DNA of 38,131 nt from Bryobacteraceae bacterium (GTDB lineage: Bacteria > Acidobacteriota > Terriglobia > Bryobacterales > Bryobacteraceae), in the NCBI GenBank assembly GCA_035634155.1, contig DASQDN010000318.1, forward strand, positions 1-38,131, written 5' to 3'. The notes beneath the pieces are model-generated. The model did no database searches and was not told the origin of the DNA. It was given only the letters and a program-made list of their open reading frames with translations. This document shows positions 21,582-29,002 of this stretch, one piece after another; within the stretch, counting starts at the first letter, position 1; each line of letters begins with the position of its first letter. Position numbers and translations under genes: made by a program.

Positions 21582-21979
21582 AGAAACGCGTGCTGTTCGT
21601 GTGTATCGGCAACATTTGCCGGTCGCCGATGGCTGAAGCGATGGCTCGCAAGTACGGGTCGGACGTGCTGGAGGTGGCGAGCGCAGGATTGGCTCCCGCG
21701 CTGGGCAATACTCCCTTTACGCGGAGTGTGTTGACGGAGAAGAACGTCGACTTGGGCGATCATCTGCCGCGGCGCTTTCGCGACATCGATATTAAGTCGT
21801 TCGACCTGGTGGTGAACATTTCGGGCTCGCCGCTGCCGAAGAATCTTGGCGTTCCGGTGGAAGAGTGGAACGTTGACGATCCGATGGGCGGGAGCGAGGA
21901 CGAGTTCCGGCAGGCCAGGGAAACCCTGGAGATGCTGGTGATGCGGCTGGTTTTGCGGGCCCGATTGGGTAAACTCTGA
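21578..21979 (+). CDS. Low-molecular-weight protein-tyrosine phosphatase / ArsC-type phosphatase family
   Basis: P-loop VLFVCIGNICRSPMAEAM (CX5R-S) and downstream DDPMGG (Asp general acid). The ATG overlaps the pdxT stop (ATGA). Confidence 0.85.
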   Translation: MKKRVLFVCIGNICRSPMAEAMARKYGSDVLEVASAGLAPALGNTPFTRSVLTEKNVDLGDHLPRRFRDIDIKSFDLVVNISGSPLPKNLGVPVEEWNVDDPMGGSEDEFRQARETLEMLVMRLVLRARLGKL

Positions 21980-22009
21980 TTGACAGAATCGCGCGCGGTT
22001 GGCGACAAT
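21980..22009 (+). promoter_or_regulatory. Candidate sigma70-type promoter for tRNA-Leu (TTGACA - 18 nt - GACAAT)
   Basis: Perfect -35 hexamer at 21980-21985 and a 4/6 -10 match at 22004-22009. The predicted start is ~12-14 nt upstream of the mature tRNA 5' end (22030). Confidence 0.35.
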
Positions 22010-22029
22010 GGTTGCTGTCAACGTAGCGT

Positions 22030-22116
22030 GCGGATGTGGCGGAACTGGCAGACGCGCATGGTTCAGGTCCATGTTCTCGCAAGGGAGTGAAGGTTCAAGT
22101 CCTTTCATCCGCACCA
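22030..22116 (+). tRNA. tRNA-Leu (anticodon CAG), class II with long variable arm, encoded CCA
   Basis: Acceptor stem GCGGATG/CATCCGC plus discriminator A and CCA. Anticodon stem CATGG/CCATG with loop TTCAGGT. T-arm GAAGG-TTCAAGT-CCTTT. The 5' half is near-identical to E. coli tRNA-Leu(CAG) (GTGGCGGAA.TGG.AGACGCGC). The antisense ORF translation ...GLEPS...ARLPVPPHP is the classic tRNA artefact. Confidence 0.95.
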
Positions 22117-22803
22117 TTCTTCTTTTCCTTCCTGGTTTTGAAAATCCTTCTTAGTTTGGGTTGATTGGGTGCTTGCGGTCTGGCCGGCTTTTGCGGCCTT
22201 TACCAGGGTGAGCGTGGCGGTAGCGGCTGGGACGAGTTCCTCTTGTGGCTCGGGTTCGGGTTGCGAATCGAAGGCAATTTGCCGGGATGGACGGGCGGTA
22301 GTCAGGCGTTCTTCGCGGAGGCGGTCCTTCTGCACTTTGCGAAGGGTTTCGATGGCTCCAAAGTAGGCTCGCTCGATTTTGGTAGTGTGGCGCTCGATGT
22401 TCTGAAGGGTGTCCTCTTTGACGGCGATGACTACGGCTAGGGCTTCGTCGTCGTTGTCGAGATTGACGGCGTCGGATATATCGTTGCGGCGCTTGAGGCC
22501 TCGGATTTCCAGGTCGAAGGCGGCAGTTTCGGCTCGGCGGGCCCGGAGCAGTCGCCAGTAGCTGTTGGCGATGACTTGGACGAGCGAGGCTTCGACGGCG
22601 TTGGCCGGGTTGTAGGTTGCGACGAACGCTTCGCGGAGTTCGGCGTAGGAGCTTGGGTCCTCGTGCGGGAGGACGGCTGTGGATGCGGTCATGCCGTGCT
22701 TGAGGGCGTTAAATTTGGCGACTGCTTTGCCGAGGTCCGTGACAGGGCCGGTGGATTTTTGCGCGTTACGGCGGTTTGCTTCGATTTGTTTTTGCGTGGC
22801 CAT
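22105..22803 (-). CDS. Orphan hypothetical protein (232 aa), helical, with acidic/Pro-rich and Thr/Gln-rich tail
   Basis: Strong RBS (GAAGGAGG, 8 nt before ATG 22803). The N-terminus QIEANRRNAQKSTGPVTDLGKAVAKFNALKHGMTA resembles a recurrent uncharacterised protein family I have seen in Acidobacteria/Planctomycetes (memory only). Its last 4 codons and stop lie inside the 3' end of tRNA-Leu on the opposite strand. Confidence 0.65.
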   Translation of the reverse strand: MATQKQIEANRRNAQKSTGPVTDLGKAVAKFNALKHGMTASTAVLPHEDPSSYAELREAFVATYNPANAVEASLVQVIANSYWRLLRARRAETAAFDLEIRGLKRRNDISDAVNLDNDDEALAVVIAVKEDTLQNIERHTTKIERAYFGAIETLRKVQKDRLREERLTTARPSRQIAFDSQPEPEPQEELVPAATATLTLVKAAKAGQTASTQSTQTKKDFQNQEGKEEWCG

Positions 22804-22832
22804 GTTCGATGGGCCTCCTTCGCTTTAATGGG

Positions 22833-22870
22833 AAAAGGCCGGCTCGCCCTTGCGTTTGGGCGGTCCGGCC
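22833..22870 (-). terminator. Stem-loop (13-bp stem with 1 mismatch and 1 G-U, 8-nt loop) followed by TTTT on the minus strand: an intrinsic terminator or leader attenuator
   Basis: Minus strand reads GGCCGGACCGCCC-AAACGCAA-GGGCGAGCCGGCC-TTTTCCC. It lies only ~30 nt upstream of the 232-aa gene start. Confidence 0.5.
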
Positions 22871-23289
22871 TCTTCTGCTTTGGAGTGTAGCTCGGGGTGT
22901 CAAGCTTTCGAGGTTCGATGGCGGGGTTGGGGGTTGTGGGAGGGCTGTATTTATTGGGGCCCGACGATTTTTGGCGGCGCGTGAATGGCTATGGAGTGTG
23001 GGTCGAATTCAGGCGCGATAACCGCGCTCGATCGATGGAACTGAGGGATTGCTTCGGAGCGTGATCGATTCGACTCTCGACGATGTGATTGCGGGATCAT
23101 GGTTGTGCGAGAGCCATGCAGATTGTGATTAATATCCCGGAGGAGTTGGGGCGCGCGCTCCCAAACGGATCGATGGTTCCACAAGAGACCGGCAAGGGCT
23201 CTGACAGCGAAAGCGCCTCGGCTGAAGCCAAGCAGGAAGATGAAATCCGTCTCGGGACTTTCCTAAGTCCGCGCAAGAGACTGGTAGAT

Positions 23290-23410
23290 CTTGCGGAGGT
23301 TGGAGTTGAGGCTTCCTCGATACGTGCGAGGTCGAGCGACCGCACCAGATGCGAGACGTTCGATCCGCTTTGTTGAAACGTGTTACCCGTCCGTCGGAGC
23401 AGATGACGAT
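23290..23410 (-). pseudogene. Possible remnant of the C-terminal catalytic region of a tyrosine recombinase (integrase)
   Basis: The minus-frame translation HLLRRTGNTFQQSGSNVSHLVRSLDLARIEEASTPTSA aligns without gaps to the integrase box II pattern H-x-L-R-x-T-x-x-T-x-x-Q-x-G-x-N-(7)-L-x-x-A-x-I. However, the LGH histidine and the catalytic Tyr are substituted, and no N-terminal part exists upstream. By-eye alignment only. Confidence 0.3.
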
Positions 23411-23498
23411 AGTTCGCCGGTGGGCGGGCATAGCCGGATGTGTGGTTACGTCCCCCGCACCATATCACGTTCCGAGGTCAGGTTGCGGAATGCTTTGC

Positions 23499-23514
23499 AT
23501 TGGCTGTACCATTC
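23499..23514. promoter_or_regulatory. Putative FadR/GntR-type operator, site A (ATTGGCTGTACCATTC; core TGGC-N3-ACCA) upstream of the MFS gene
   Basis: 14/16 identical to site C. The right half coincides with a TACCAT -10-like hexamer located 18 nt after TTGCGG. Confidence 0.45.
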
Positions 23515-23529
23515 GTCAGGAGTTCACGC

Positions 23530-24753
23530 GTGAGTCCTGCATCGGTGGAGAAGGTTGCGCCTGCGAATCAGCGGTGGGGCATCGCAATGGTGCTCAGCAG
23601 CGCTATCGCGATTAGTTATTTGGACCGGCAGACGCTGCCCGTTGCGATTGCGGCGATTCAGCGCGATATACCGATCTCCAACGTTCAGTTCTCTCAGTTG
23701 CAGGCCGCGTTTCTTGTGGCCTATGCCGTGATGTACGCAGCAGGCGGGAAGTTGATCGATGTTTGGGGGACCAAGATCGGGTTTGCGGTGATTATGGTCG
23801 CCTGGTCGGCGGCTTGCGCGGGGCATGGGCTCGCTACTGCTTTTGCGGGGCTGGCGGTTTGCCGGTTTCTGCTCGGGATGGGGGAAGGCGGCGGATTTCC
23901 CGCAGCTACGAAGGCTGTTGCCGAGTGGTTCACTCCCGATCAGCGGTCGACTGCCATGGGCATGATCAATGCTGGAACCGCAGTGGGTGCGGTGATTGCG
24001 CCTCCGGCGATCGCGGCGATTATTGGGCTTTGGGGTTGGAGGTGGGTGTTCTTTATCACGGGTGCGTCGGGGCTCCTATGGACGCTGGTTTGGATGCGCA
24101 CTTACCATACACCCACGGTGGCCGCTAGTGCTGGCGCCGCGATTCCATGGCGCCGTCTGCTCGGGATGCGTGAGGTGGTTGGGCTCGTGTCTGCGAAGTT
24201 TTTGAGTGACGCAGCTTGGTATTTTTATCTGTTCTGGCTTCCGAAGTACTTGTACGACGTGCGCGGCTTCGATACCAAGCAGGTCGGCGCGTATGGCTGG
24301 ATTCCTTATGCGGCGTCGGGTATCGGCAGTTTGGCGGGCGGGTGGTTTTCGAGTTATCTGCTACGACGCGGTACTCGGTTGAATTCTGCTCGCAAGATTG
24401 CGCTTGGCGCGAGCGCGGCGTGTATGCCTTGGATCTTCTTTGTTACGCAGTCGCCGGTGGAACTCGCTCTGGTGCTGTTTAGCTTGGCGTTCTTCGGGCA
24501 GCAGTCCTGGTCAACGCTGGTGATGACGCTGCCGGCGGATTTGTTTCCTCGCAATACGGTCGGCGCCGTGGCTGGGCTGGTTGGTTTCGGCGGCGCGATG
24601 GGTGGTGTTGTTTTCGGTTTGGTGGTGGGACGGCTGCTCGATTCAGGGCTGGGGTATGGACCGGTGTTCGCGATGGTGAGCTCCATGCATGTGACGGCGT
24701 TCGGGATCTTGCTGGTGGCGATTCCTCGCGTTGAGGCGCTACGGGCGGACTAG
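23530..24753 (+). CDS. MFS transporter, anion:cation symporter (ACS) type, ExuT-like hexuronate transporter
   Basis: QRWGIAMVLSSAIAISYLDRQTLPVAIAAIQRDIPISNVQFSQLQAAFLVAYAVMYAAGGKLIDVWGTKIG...FLLGMGEGGGFPAATKAVAEWFTPDQRSTAMGMINAGTAVGAVIAPP parallels E. coli ExuT as I recall it. The start is set at GTG 23530 (RBS AGGAG 7 nt upstream) because the conserved RW motif lies upstream of the first ATG. Confidence 0.8.
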   Translation: MSPASVEKVAPANQRWGIAMVLSSAIAISYLDRQTLPVAIAAIQRDIPISNVQFSQLQAAFLVAYAVMYAAGGKLIDVWGTKIGFAVIMVAWSAACAGHGLATAFAGLAVCRFLLGMGEGGGFPAATKAVAEWFTPDQRSTAMGMINAGTAVGAVIAPPAIAAIIGLWGWRWVFFITGASGLLWTLVWMRTYHTPTVAASAGAAIPWRRLLGMREVVGLVSAKFLSDAAWYFYLFWLPKYLYDVRGFDTKQVGAYGWIPYAASGIGSLAGGWFSSYLLRRGTRLNSARKIALGASAACMPWIFFVTQSPVELALVLFSLAFFGQQSWSTLVMTLPADLFPRNTVGAVAGLVGFGGAMGGVVFGLVVGRLLDSGLGYGPVFAMVSSMHVTAFGILLVAIPRVEALRAD

Positions 24754-25541
24754 ACTCGCTTGCGTCCGCTTCGCGCGGTGAGACCGCGACGGCTCGCTTT
24801 GGAGAGCACTGCGATCTGCGTTTGCCGATCCGTTTGCTCGCGATCCTTCATGGCGCGTACGAGCAGGCTTTTGGCATCGAGCAGATGCTCTTCCATGCGC
24901 CGGCGGGCGTCCTCAGGCTTGCGTTTACGGATTGCCTCGAAGATACGGCGATGCAGATTGAGCGTGTGGTCCGGGGTTACCAACTGCGAGGTGAGGCGGA
25001 TCATGTTCTCCAGAGACCTGTGGACCACAGCGAACATCTGGCCGCAAACGCGGTTCCCGGCTGCGCGAAAGATGGCTTGATGGAACAACAGATCGTGCGC
25101 GGTGAGGCGCGACGGATCTCCGGTTTGCATTGCGATGAGTTCTCGGCGGATGTCGGCGATGTCTTCGTCGGAGGCTCGGTCAGCGGCACGGGCGGCGAGC
25201 GCCGGCTCGACTATGAGGCGGGCTTCCATGAGCTCGTGAAAGGAGATGCCGTCGAGCAGGATGAGGAACTCCATCGGCTCGCCGAGGATGCGCTGAGCGC
25301 CCGAGTTGAGGTACGTTCCATCGCCTACGCGTTGCGAGATCACACCCATGATCTCGAGAACCTTGAGAGCTTGACGGAGGGATGAGCGGCTGACTCCGAA
25401 GGTTTCGGCCAACTCGCGCTCGGCCGGGAGTCGGCCGCCGGGCAGCAGCGCGCCTTCGGCGATGAGCTTCTTGAAAATTCCAATCAGTTTGACGGTGACG
25501 TCGTCTTTGGCGGACGCGGCACGAGCAGGAACGGCCCTCAT
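24750..25541 (-). CDS. GntR-family transcriptional regulator, FadR subfamily (FCD C-terminal domain)
   Basis: LPGGRLPAERELAETFGVSRSSLRQALKVLEIMGVISQRVGDGTYL, followed by an all-helical FCD-like domain (EARLIVEPALAARAA...LLFHQAIFRAAGN...). Its stop overlaps the MFS stop (CTAG). Confidence 0.88.
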   Translation of the reverse strand: MRAVPARAASAKDDVTVKLIGIFKKLIAEGALLPGGRLPAERELAETFGVSRSSLRQALKVLEIMGVISQRVGDGTYLNSGAQRILGEPMEFLILLDGISFHELMEARLIVEPALAARAADRASDEDIADIRRELIAMQTGDPSRLTAHDLLFHQAIFRAAGNRVCGQMFAVVHRSLENMIRLTSQLVTPDHTLNLHRRIFEAIRKRKPEDARRRMEEHLLDAKSLLVRAMKDREQTDRQTQIAVLSKASRRGLTARSGRKRV

Positions 25542-25553
25542 GGTTGGACCAAT
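25540..25553. promoter_or_regulatory. Putative operator, site B (ATGGTTGGACCAAT; perfect TGGT-N3-ACCA) overlapping the regulator's own start codon
   Basis: Read directly. The minus-strand reading ATTGGTCCAACCATG contains the regulator's ATG. Confidence 0.4.
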
Positions 25554-25628
25554 GCTAACACGGCGAGTGCCGAGCCCCGAGTCACTTTCCGGGGTGAATC
25601 AGGTTAGACCCACTTGTCATGGGCAAGA

Positions 25629-25644
25629 ATTGGTTATACCATTC
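25629..25644. promoter_or_regulatory. Putative operator, site C (ATTGGTTATACCATTC; perfect TGGT-N3-ACCA) upstream of the TonB-receptor/GH39 operon
   Basis: It lies 47 nt upstream of ATG 25691. The right half coincides with TACCAT, 17 nt after TTGTCA (25614-25619). Confidence 0.45.
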
Positions 25645-25690
25645 TCCAAGCAGGTTACTCGGCGGCTGTGCCGCTCCAAGGGAGTTCACC

Positions 25691-28600
25691 ATGTTGCCTG
25701 GTCTCTTTCCGCGCTTGCGGCGGATGGTTAGTCTTTCGCTGCTTACAGCCGGCTTCCTTTTCTCCCAGATTCAGACGGGACGTTTGGCGGGAACGGTCTT
25801 CGATCCGAATAAGGCCTCGGTACCGAACGCGACCATCATCGTGACTGAGACCGCCACGAATGTGTCGCGCCAAACGATCTCCAACGCTACGGGCGCATAT
25901 CTACTGCCCACGCTGAATCCCGGAGTGTATGAGGTGTCGGTTACGGCGCCGGGCTTTCGGACAACGCGACGAACTGGCGTGGAGATGCAAGTGGGTAAGG
26001 ACCTGCTGCTCGATCTGGATCTGCAGATCGGAGAGACGTCGACCAGTATTGAAGTGACCACGGAAGTGCCGCTACTCAATTCCGAGTCCGGCAATCTGGG
26101 TCACGTGATGACCAACAAGCAGATCGTGGACCTGCCGTTGAATGGGCGCGGGTTCAGCGATCTGGCCCGGCTGACGCCGGGCGTGGTGTCGCTGCCTGGG
26201 ACGGGGAATGTGACGCGCATTCGTCCGGAGGCGGTAAATGGAACCACGATTAGCGGTGTACGTGGACGGCAGGTGTCGTTCTATCTGGATGGCGCGGATA
26301 CGAGCGAGCAGCATCAGGGAGGGAGTTGGATTCAGACGTCAATCGATGCGCTGCAGGAGTTCAGCGTTCAACAGAACGCGTATTCGGCTGAGCATAGCCG
26401 TTCTGGGAGCTTCTTCAATGCGATTACCAAGTCGGGGACGAACCGTGTGCACGGGACGCTATATGAGTTTCTTCGCACTGAGAAGTTAGATGCTCGGAAC
26501 TTCTTTGCTCGCGATCGGGCGCGGTTGAAGCGCAATCAGTTCGGTGCTTCAGCCGGCGGTCCGGTAGTGCTGCCCAAGCTTTATGATGGAGCGAATCGCA
26601 CGTTCTTTTTTGTGAACTACGAGGGGATGCGCGAGCGGCAGGGCAATGTGATCAGCCGCAACAGTCCAACGCCTGAGATGCTGCGGGGCGACTTCAGCGG
26701 GATCCGGAACCTTATCTATGATCCTTTGACGACAGTCCCGAATGCATCCGGCACAGGCACGATTCGGACCGCGTTTCCGGGAAATATCATTCCGTCGAAC
26801 CGGCTTTCTCCGCAGGCCCAGTTCTTCAATCAGTTTCTGACTACAGCTTCGACGCCCGGCGGGCAGTTCGTGTTCTCGCCGTCGACCGCGGTGGATACCG
26901 ACCAGCTCACCACGCGCCTGGATCATACGATCAACGACAACCATCGCGTGTTCTTCCGCTGGAGCTTGAATAACAATCGACTGAGCGAGCCGGGCGGGTC
27001 GCCGCTGTTGGGCACTGCCGATTCGAAGACTCGGGGGCAGAATTATACGATCAGCATCACGAGCAATGTGCGGGCGAATCTTGTAAATGAATTTCGGTTC
27101 AACACGCTTTATGGGTTGATTGATTTGAAGCCGTACCTGCTGGGTCGCGACTTCAATGAAGAGGCGGGCATCACGGGGTTGGAGGAGACTCGGCGGAGCT
27201 TCGATACGGGGTCCTTCCCGGATTTTAGCTGGTCGGGGTATACGGGACTGACGGGCTCGGCGTTCGATCAGAGGCCGAAGACGCAGGATCGCTACACGCG
27301 CGAGTTCGTCGACAATTTGACCTGGATCAAGGGCAAGCACGTGCTGAAGTTCGGGACGAAGATCCGGTACTACTCGTGGCTGGGAACGGATAGCAAGGAG
27401 TACATGGGCCTTTGGAACTTCAACGGCCAGAATACGGAGAATCCCGCGAGCACGGCGGGGACGGGCGACTCGTTTGCTGACTGGATGCTGGGTCTGCCGT
27501 CGAGCGCCAATCGCGCGTACCCTTCGGATACTTTCGGGGGCGACTATACCGCGTGGCACTTCTTTGTGCAGGACGATATCAAGGTTACGCCGAAGTTGAC
27601 GTTGAACATGGGGCTGCGGTATGAGTACACGCCGTTCGCGTCGGCGTTTCGTGGACAGACGGGGACGTTTGACGGGACACAGGCTCGGCCGATCATTGTT
27701 GCGAGTGAGACGGCTGAGCCCGACCTGGGCGCGCAGCCGGCCGCTGCCACGGCTTACGGCTATTTGAGGGACTTGATTCAGACGTCGAGCGAAGCGGGCT
27801 TGCCTTACTCGATTACGCGTCCGGATAAGAATCAGTGGGCGCCGCGTTTTGGATTCGCCTGGCGGCCGATTGGAGAGCGCACGGTGCTGCGCGGCGGGTA
27901 TGGAATTTTCTTTGAAGGCGAGTATACCGACAGCCGCGTGAATCTTTTCATGCCGCCATTTCTGCTGAGAGAGACGGCGCTGGCGGATCGCAACGTAGTT
28001 CCGACGCGCACGCTGGGGAACTTCTTCCTGGGCGCGCCGCTGGGGTCGCGCAACAGCACTGTCGATCTGACGCCGACCTATACCGATTTGAATATGGGCT
28101 ATGACCAGCACTGGAATTTTGGGATCCAGCAACAGTTGGCATCGACGCTTGTGATCGATCTGGAATATGTCGGCAATAAGGGCACGCATATTCAGAGCAA
28201 CAATGCGTTCAATATCCCAGATCCAGGGCCTGGGTCGGTTGCGGCGCGAAGACCGTTCCCGCGCTTCGGGCCGTTCAGTTATATCTCGAGTGACGCTTCC
28301 ACGACATATCACGCGCTGCAGGCGAAGCTGGAGAAGCGGTTGTCGGCGGGCTTGTGGTTCCTGGGGTCGTATACGTTTTCAAAGAGCTTGTGGACTGCGA
28401 ACACTCCGGCAGCGGGCGGGCGGTACCGGTTCGAGCGCGGGCCATCGGAGTTTCATGTGCCGCACACATTTGCTTTCAGCTACGGATATGAGCTGCCCTT
28501 CGGTCGCGGGAAGCAGTTGTTGTCGGATTCGAATGGGTTCACGAATGCGCTGCTGGGTGGGTGGCAGATGCAGGGCATCCTGATCTTCCGGAGCGGGGTT

Positions 28601-28993
28601 CCGTTCACGCCGACGGTGTCTCGCGATGTGGCAAACACGGGCGTGGGCGGGCAGCGGCCGAACCGAATTGCGAACGGGAAGCTGGACGATCCTACGTTAG
28701 AACGCTGGTTTGACGTGGCTGCTTTCCAGGTTGCGCCGAACTTTACTTACGGCAATTCGGGACTCCGCATTTTATATCCGGACATTGTTCGCACGATCGA
28801 TTTTTCGATGTTTAAGAACTTCCAGATCAGCGAAGGCTCGCGCTTGCAGTTCCGGTGGGAGGTGTTCAATCTGCCGAACACTCCCAGCTTTGCGGCGCCG
28901 AACTCCGTTGTGGACGGGCCGGTTGCCGGTCGTGTGACGGCGACTTCCACGGACCCGCGACAGATGCAGGTCGCATTGAAATACACTTTTTGA
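25691..28993 (+). CDS. TonB-dependent receptor with N-terminal carboxypeptidase-regulatory-like domain
   Basis: Start at ATG 25691 (RBS GGAG 6 nt upstream), then signal-like MLPGLFPRLRRMVSLSLLTAGFLFSQ. CarboxypepD_reg-like segment GRLAGTVFDPNKASVPNATIIVTETATNVSRQTISNATGAYLLPTLNPGVYEVSVTAPGFRT. Plug-like NGRGFSDLARLTPGV. Long barrel ending ...QMQVALKYTF. Confidence 0.88.
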   Translation: MLPGLFPRLRRMVSLSLLTAGFLFSQIQTGRLAGTVFDPNKASVPNATIIVTETATNVSRQTISNATGAYLLPTLNPGVYEVSVTAPGFRTTRRTGVEMQVGKDLLLDLDLQIGETSTSIEVTTEVPLLNSESGNLGHVMTNKQIVDLPLNGRGFSDLARLTPGVVSLPGTGNVTRIRPEAVNGTTISGVRGRQVSFYLDGADTSEQHQGGSWIQTSIDALQEFSVQQNAYSAEHSRSGSFFNAITKSGTNRVHGTLYEFLRTEKLDARNFFARDRARLKRNQFGASAGGPVVLPKLYDGANRTFFFVNYEGMRERQGNVISRNSPTPEMLRGDFSGIRNLIYDPLTTVPNASGTGTIRTAFPGNIIPSNRLSPQAQFFNQFLTTASTPGGQFVFSPSTAVDTDQLTTRLDHTINDNHRVFFRWSLNNNRLSEPGGSPLLGTADSKTRGQNYTISITSNVRANLVNEFRFNTLYGLIDLKPYLLGRDFNEEAGITGLEETRRSFDTGSFPDFSWSGYTGLTGSAFDQRPKTQDRYTREFVDNLTWIKGKHVLKFGTKIRYYSWLGTDSKEYMGLWNFNGQNTENPASTAGTGDSFADWMLGLPSSANRAYPSDTFGGDYTAWHFFVQDDIKVTPKLTLNMGLRYEYTPFASAFRGQTGTFDGTQARPIIVASETAEPDLGAQPAAATAYGYLRDLIQTSSEAGLPYSITRPDKNQWAPRFGFAWRPIGERTVLRGGYGIFFEGEYTDSRVNLFMPPFLLRETALADRNVVPTRTLGNFFLGAPLGSRNSTVDLTPTYTDLNMGYDQHWNFGIQQQLASTLVIDLEYVGNKGTHIQSNNAFNIPDPGPGSVAARRPFPRFGPFSYISSDASTTYHALQAKLEKRLSAGLWFLGSYTFSKSLWTANTPAAGGRYRFERGPSEFHVPHTFAFSYGYELPFGRGKQLLSDSNGFTNALLGGWQMQGILIFRSGVPFTPTVSRDVANTGVGGQRPNRIANGKLDDPTLERWFDVAAFQVAPNFTYGNSGLRILYPDIVRTIDFSMFKNFQISEGSRLQFRWEVFNLPNTPSFAAPNSVVDGPVAGRVTATSTDPRQMQVALKYTF

Positions 28994-29002
28994 TAATCAA
29001 CC

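Noticed and set aside
21551-22117. 188-aa minus-strand ORF starting MVRMKGLEPSLP...ARLPVPPHP.
   Set aside because: The N-terminal peptide is the well-known translation artefact of a tRNA read antisense. The rest is antisense to the LMW phosphatase gene.
22881-22925. tRNA-like motifs GTAGCTC and GGTTCGA about 22 nt apart, considered as a possible pseudo-tRNA or att duplicate.
   Set aside because: I could not fold any cloverleaf from it: the T-stem halves are not complementary and there is no anticodon arm. It also does not match the tRNA-Leu 3' half beyond the generic GGTTC.A.
23116-23376. Small plus-strand ORF beginning MQIVINIPEELGRAL, reminiscent of RHH/AbrB-type antitoxin N-termini.
   Set aside because: It has no RBS, and the remainder is low complexity (S/E/A-rich). 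No partner toxin ORF is present. It overlaps the integrase-like remnant on the other strand, so at best it is another decayed fragment.
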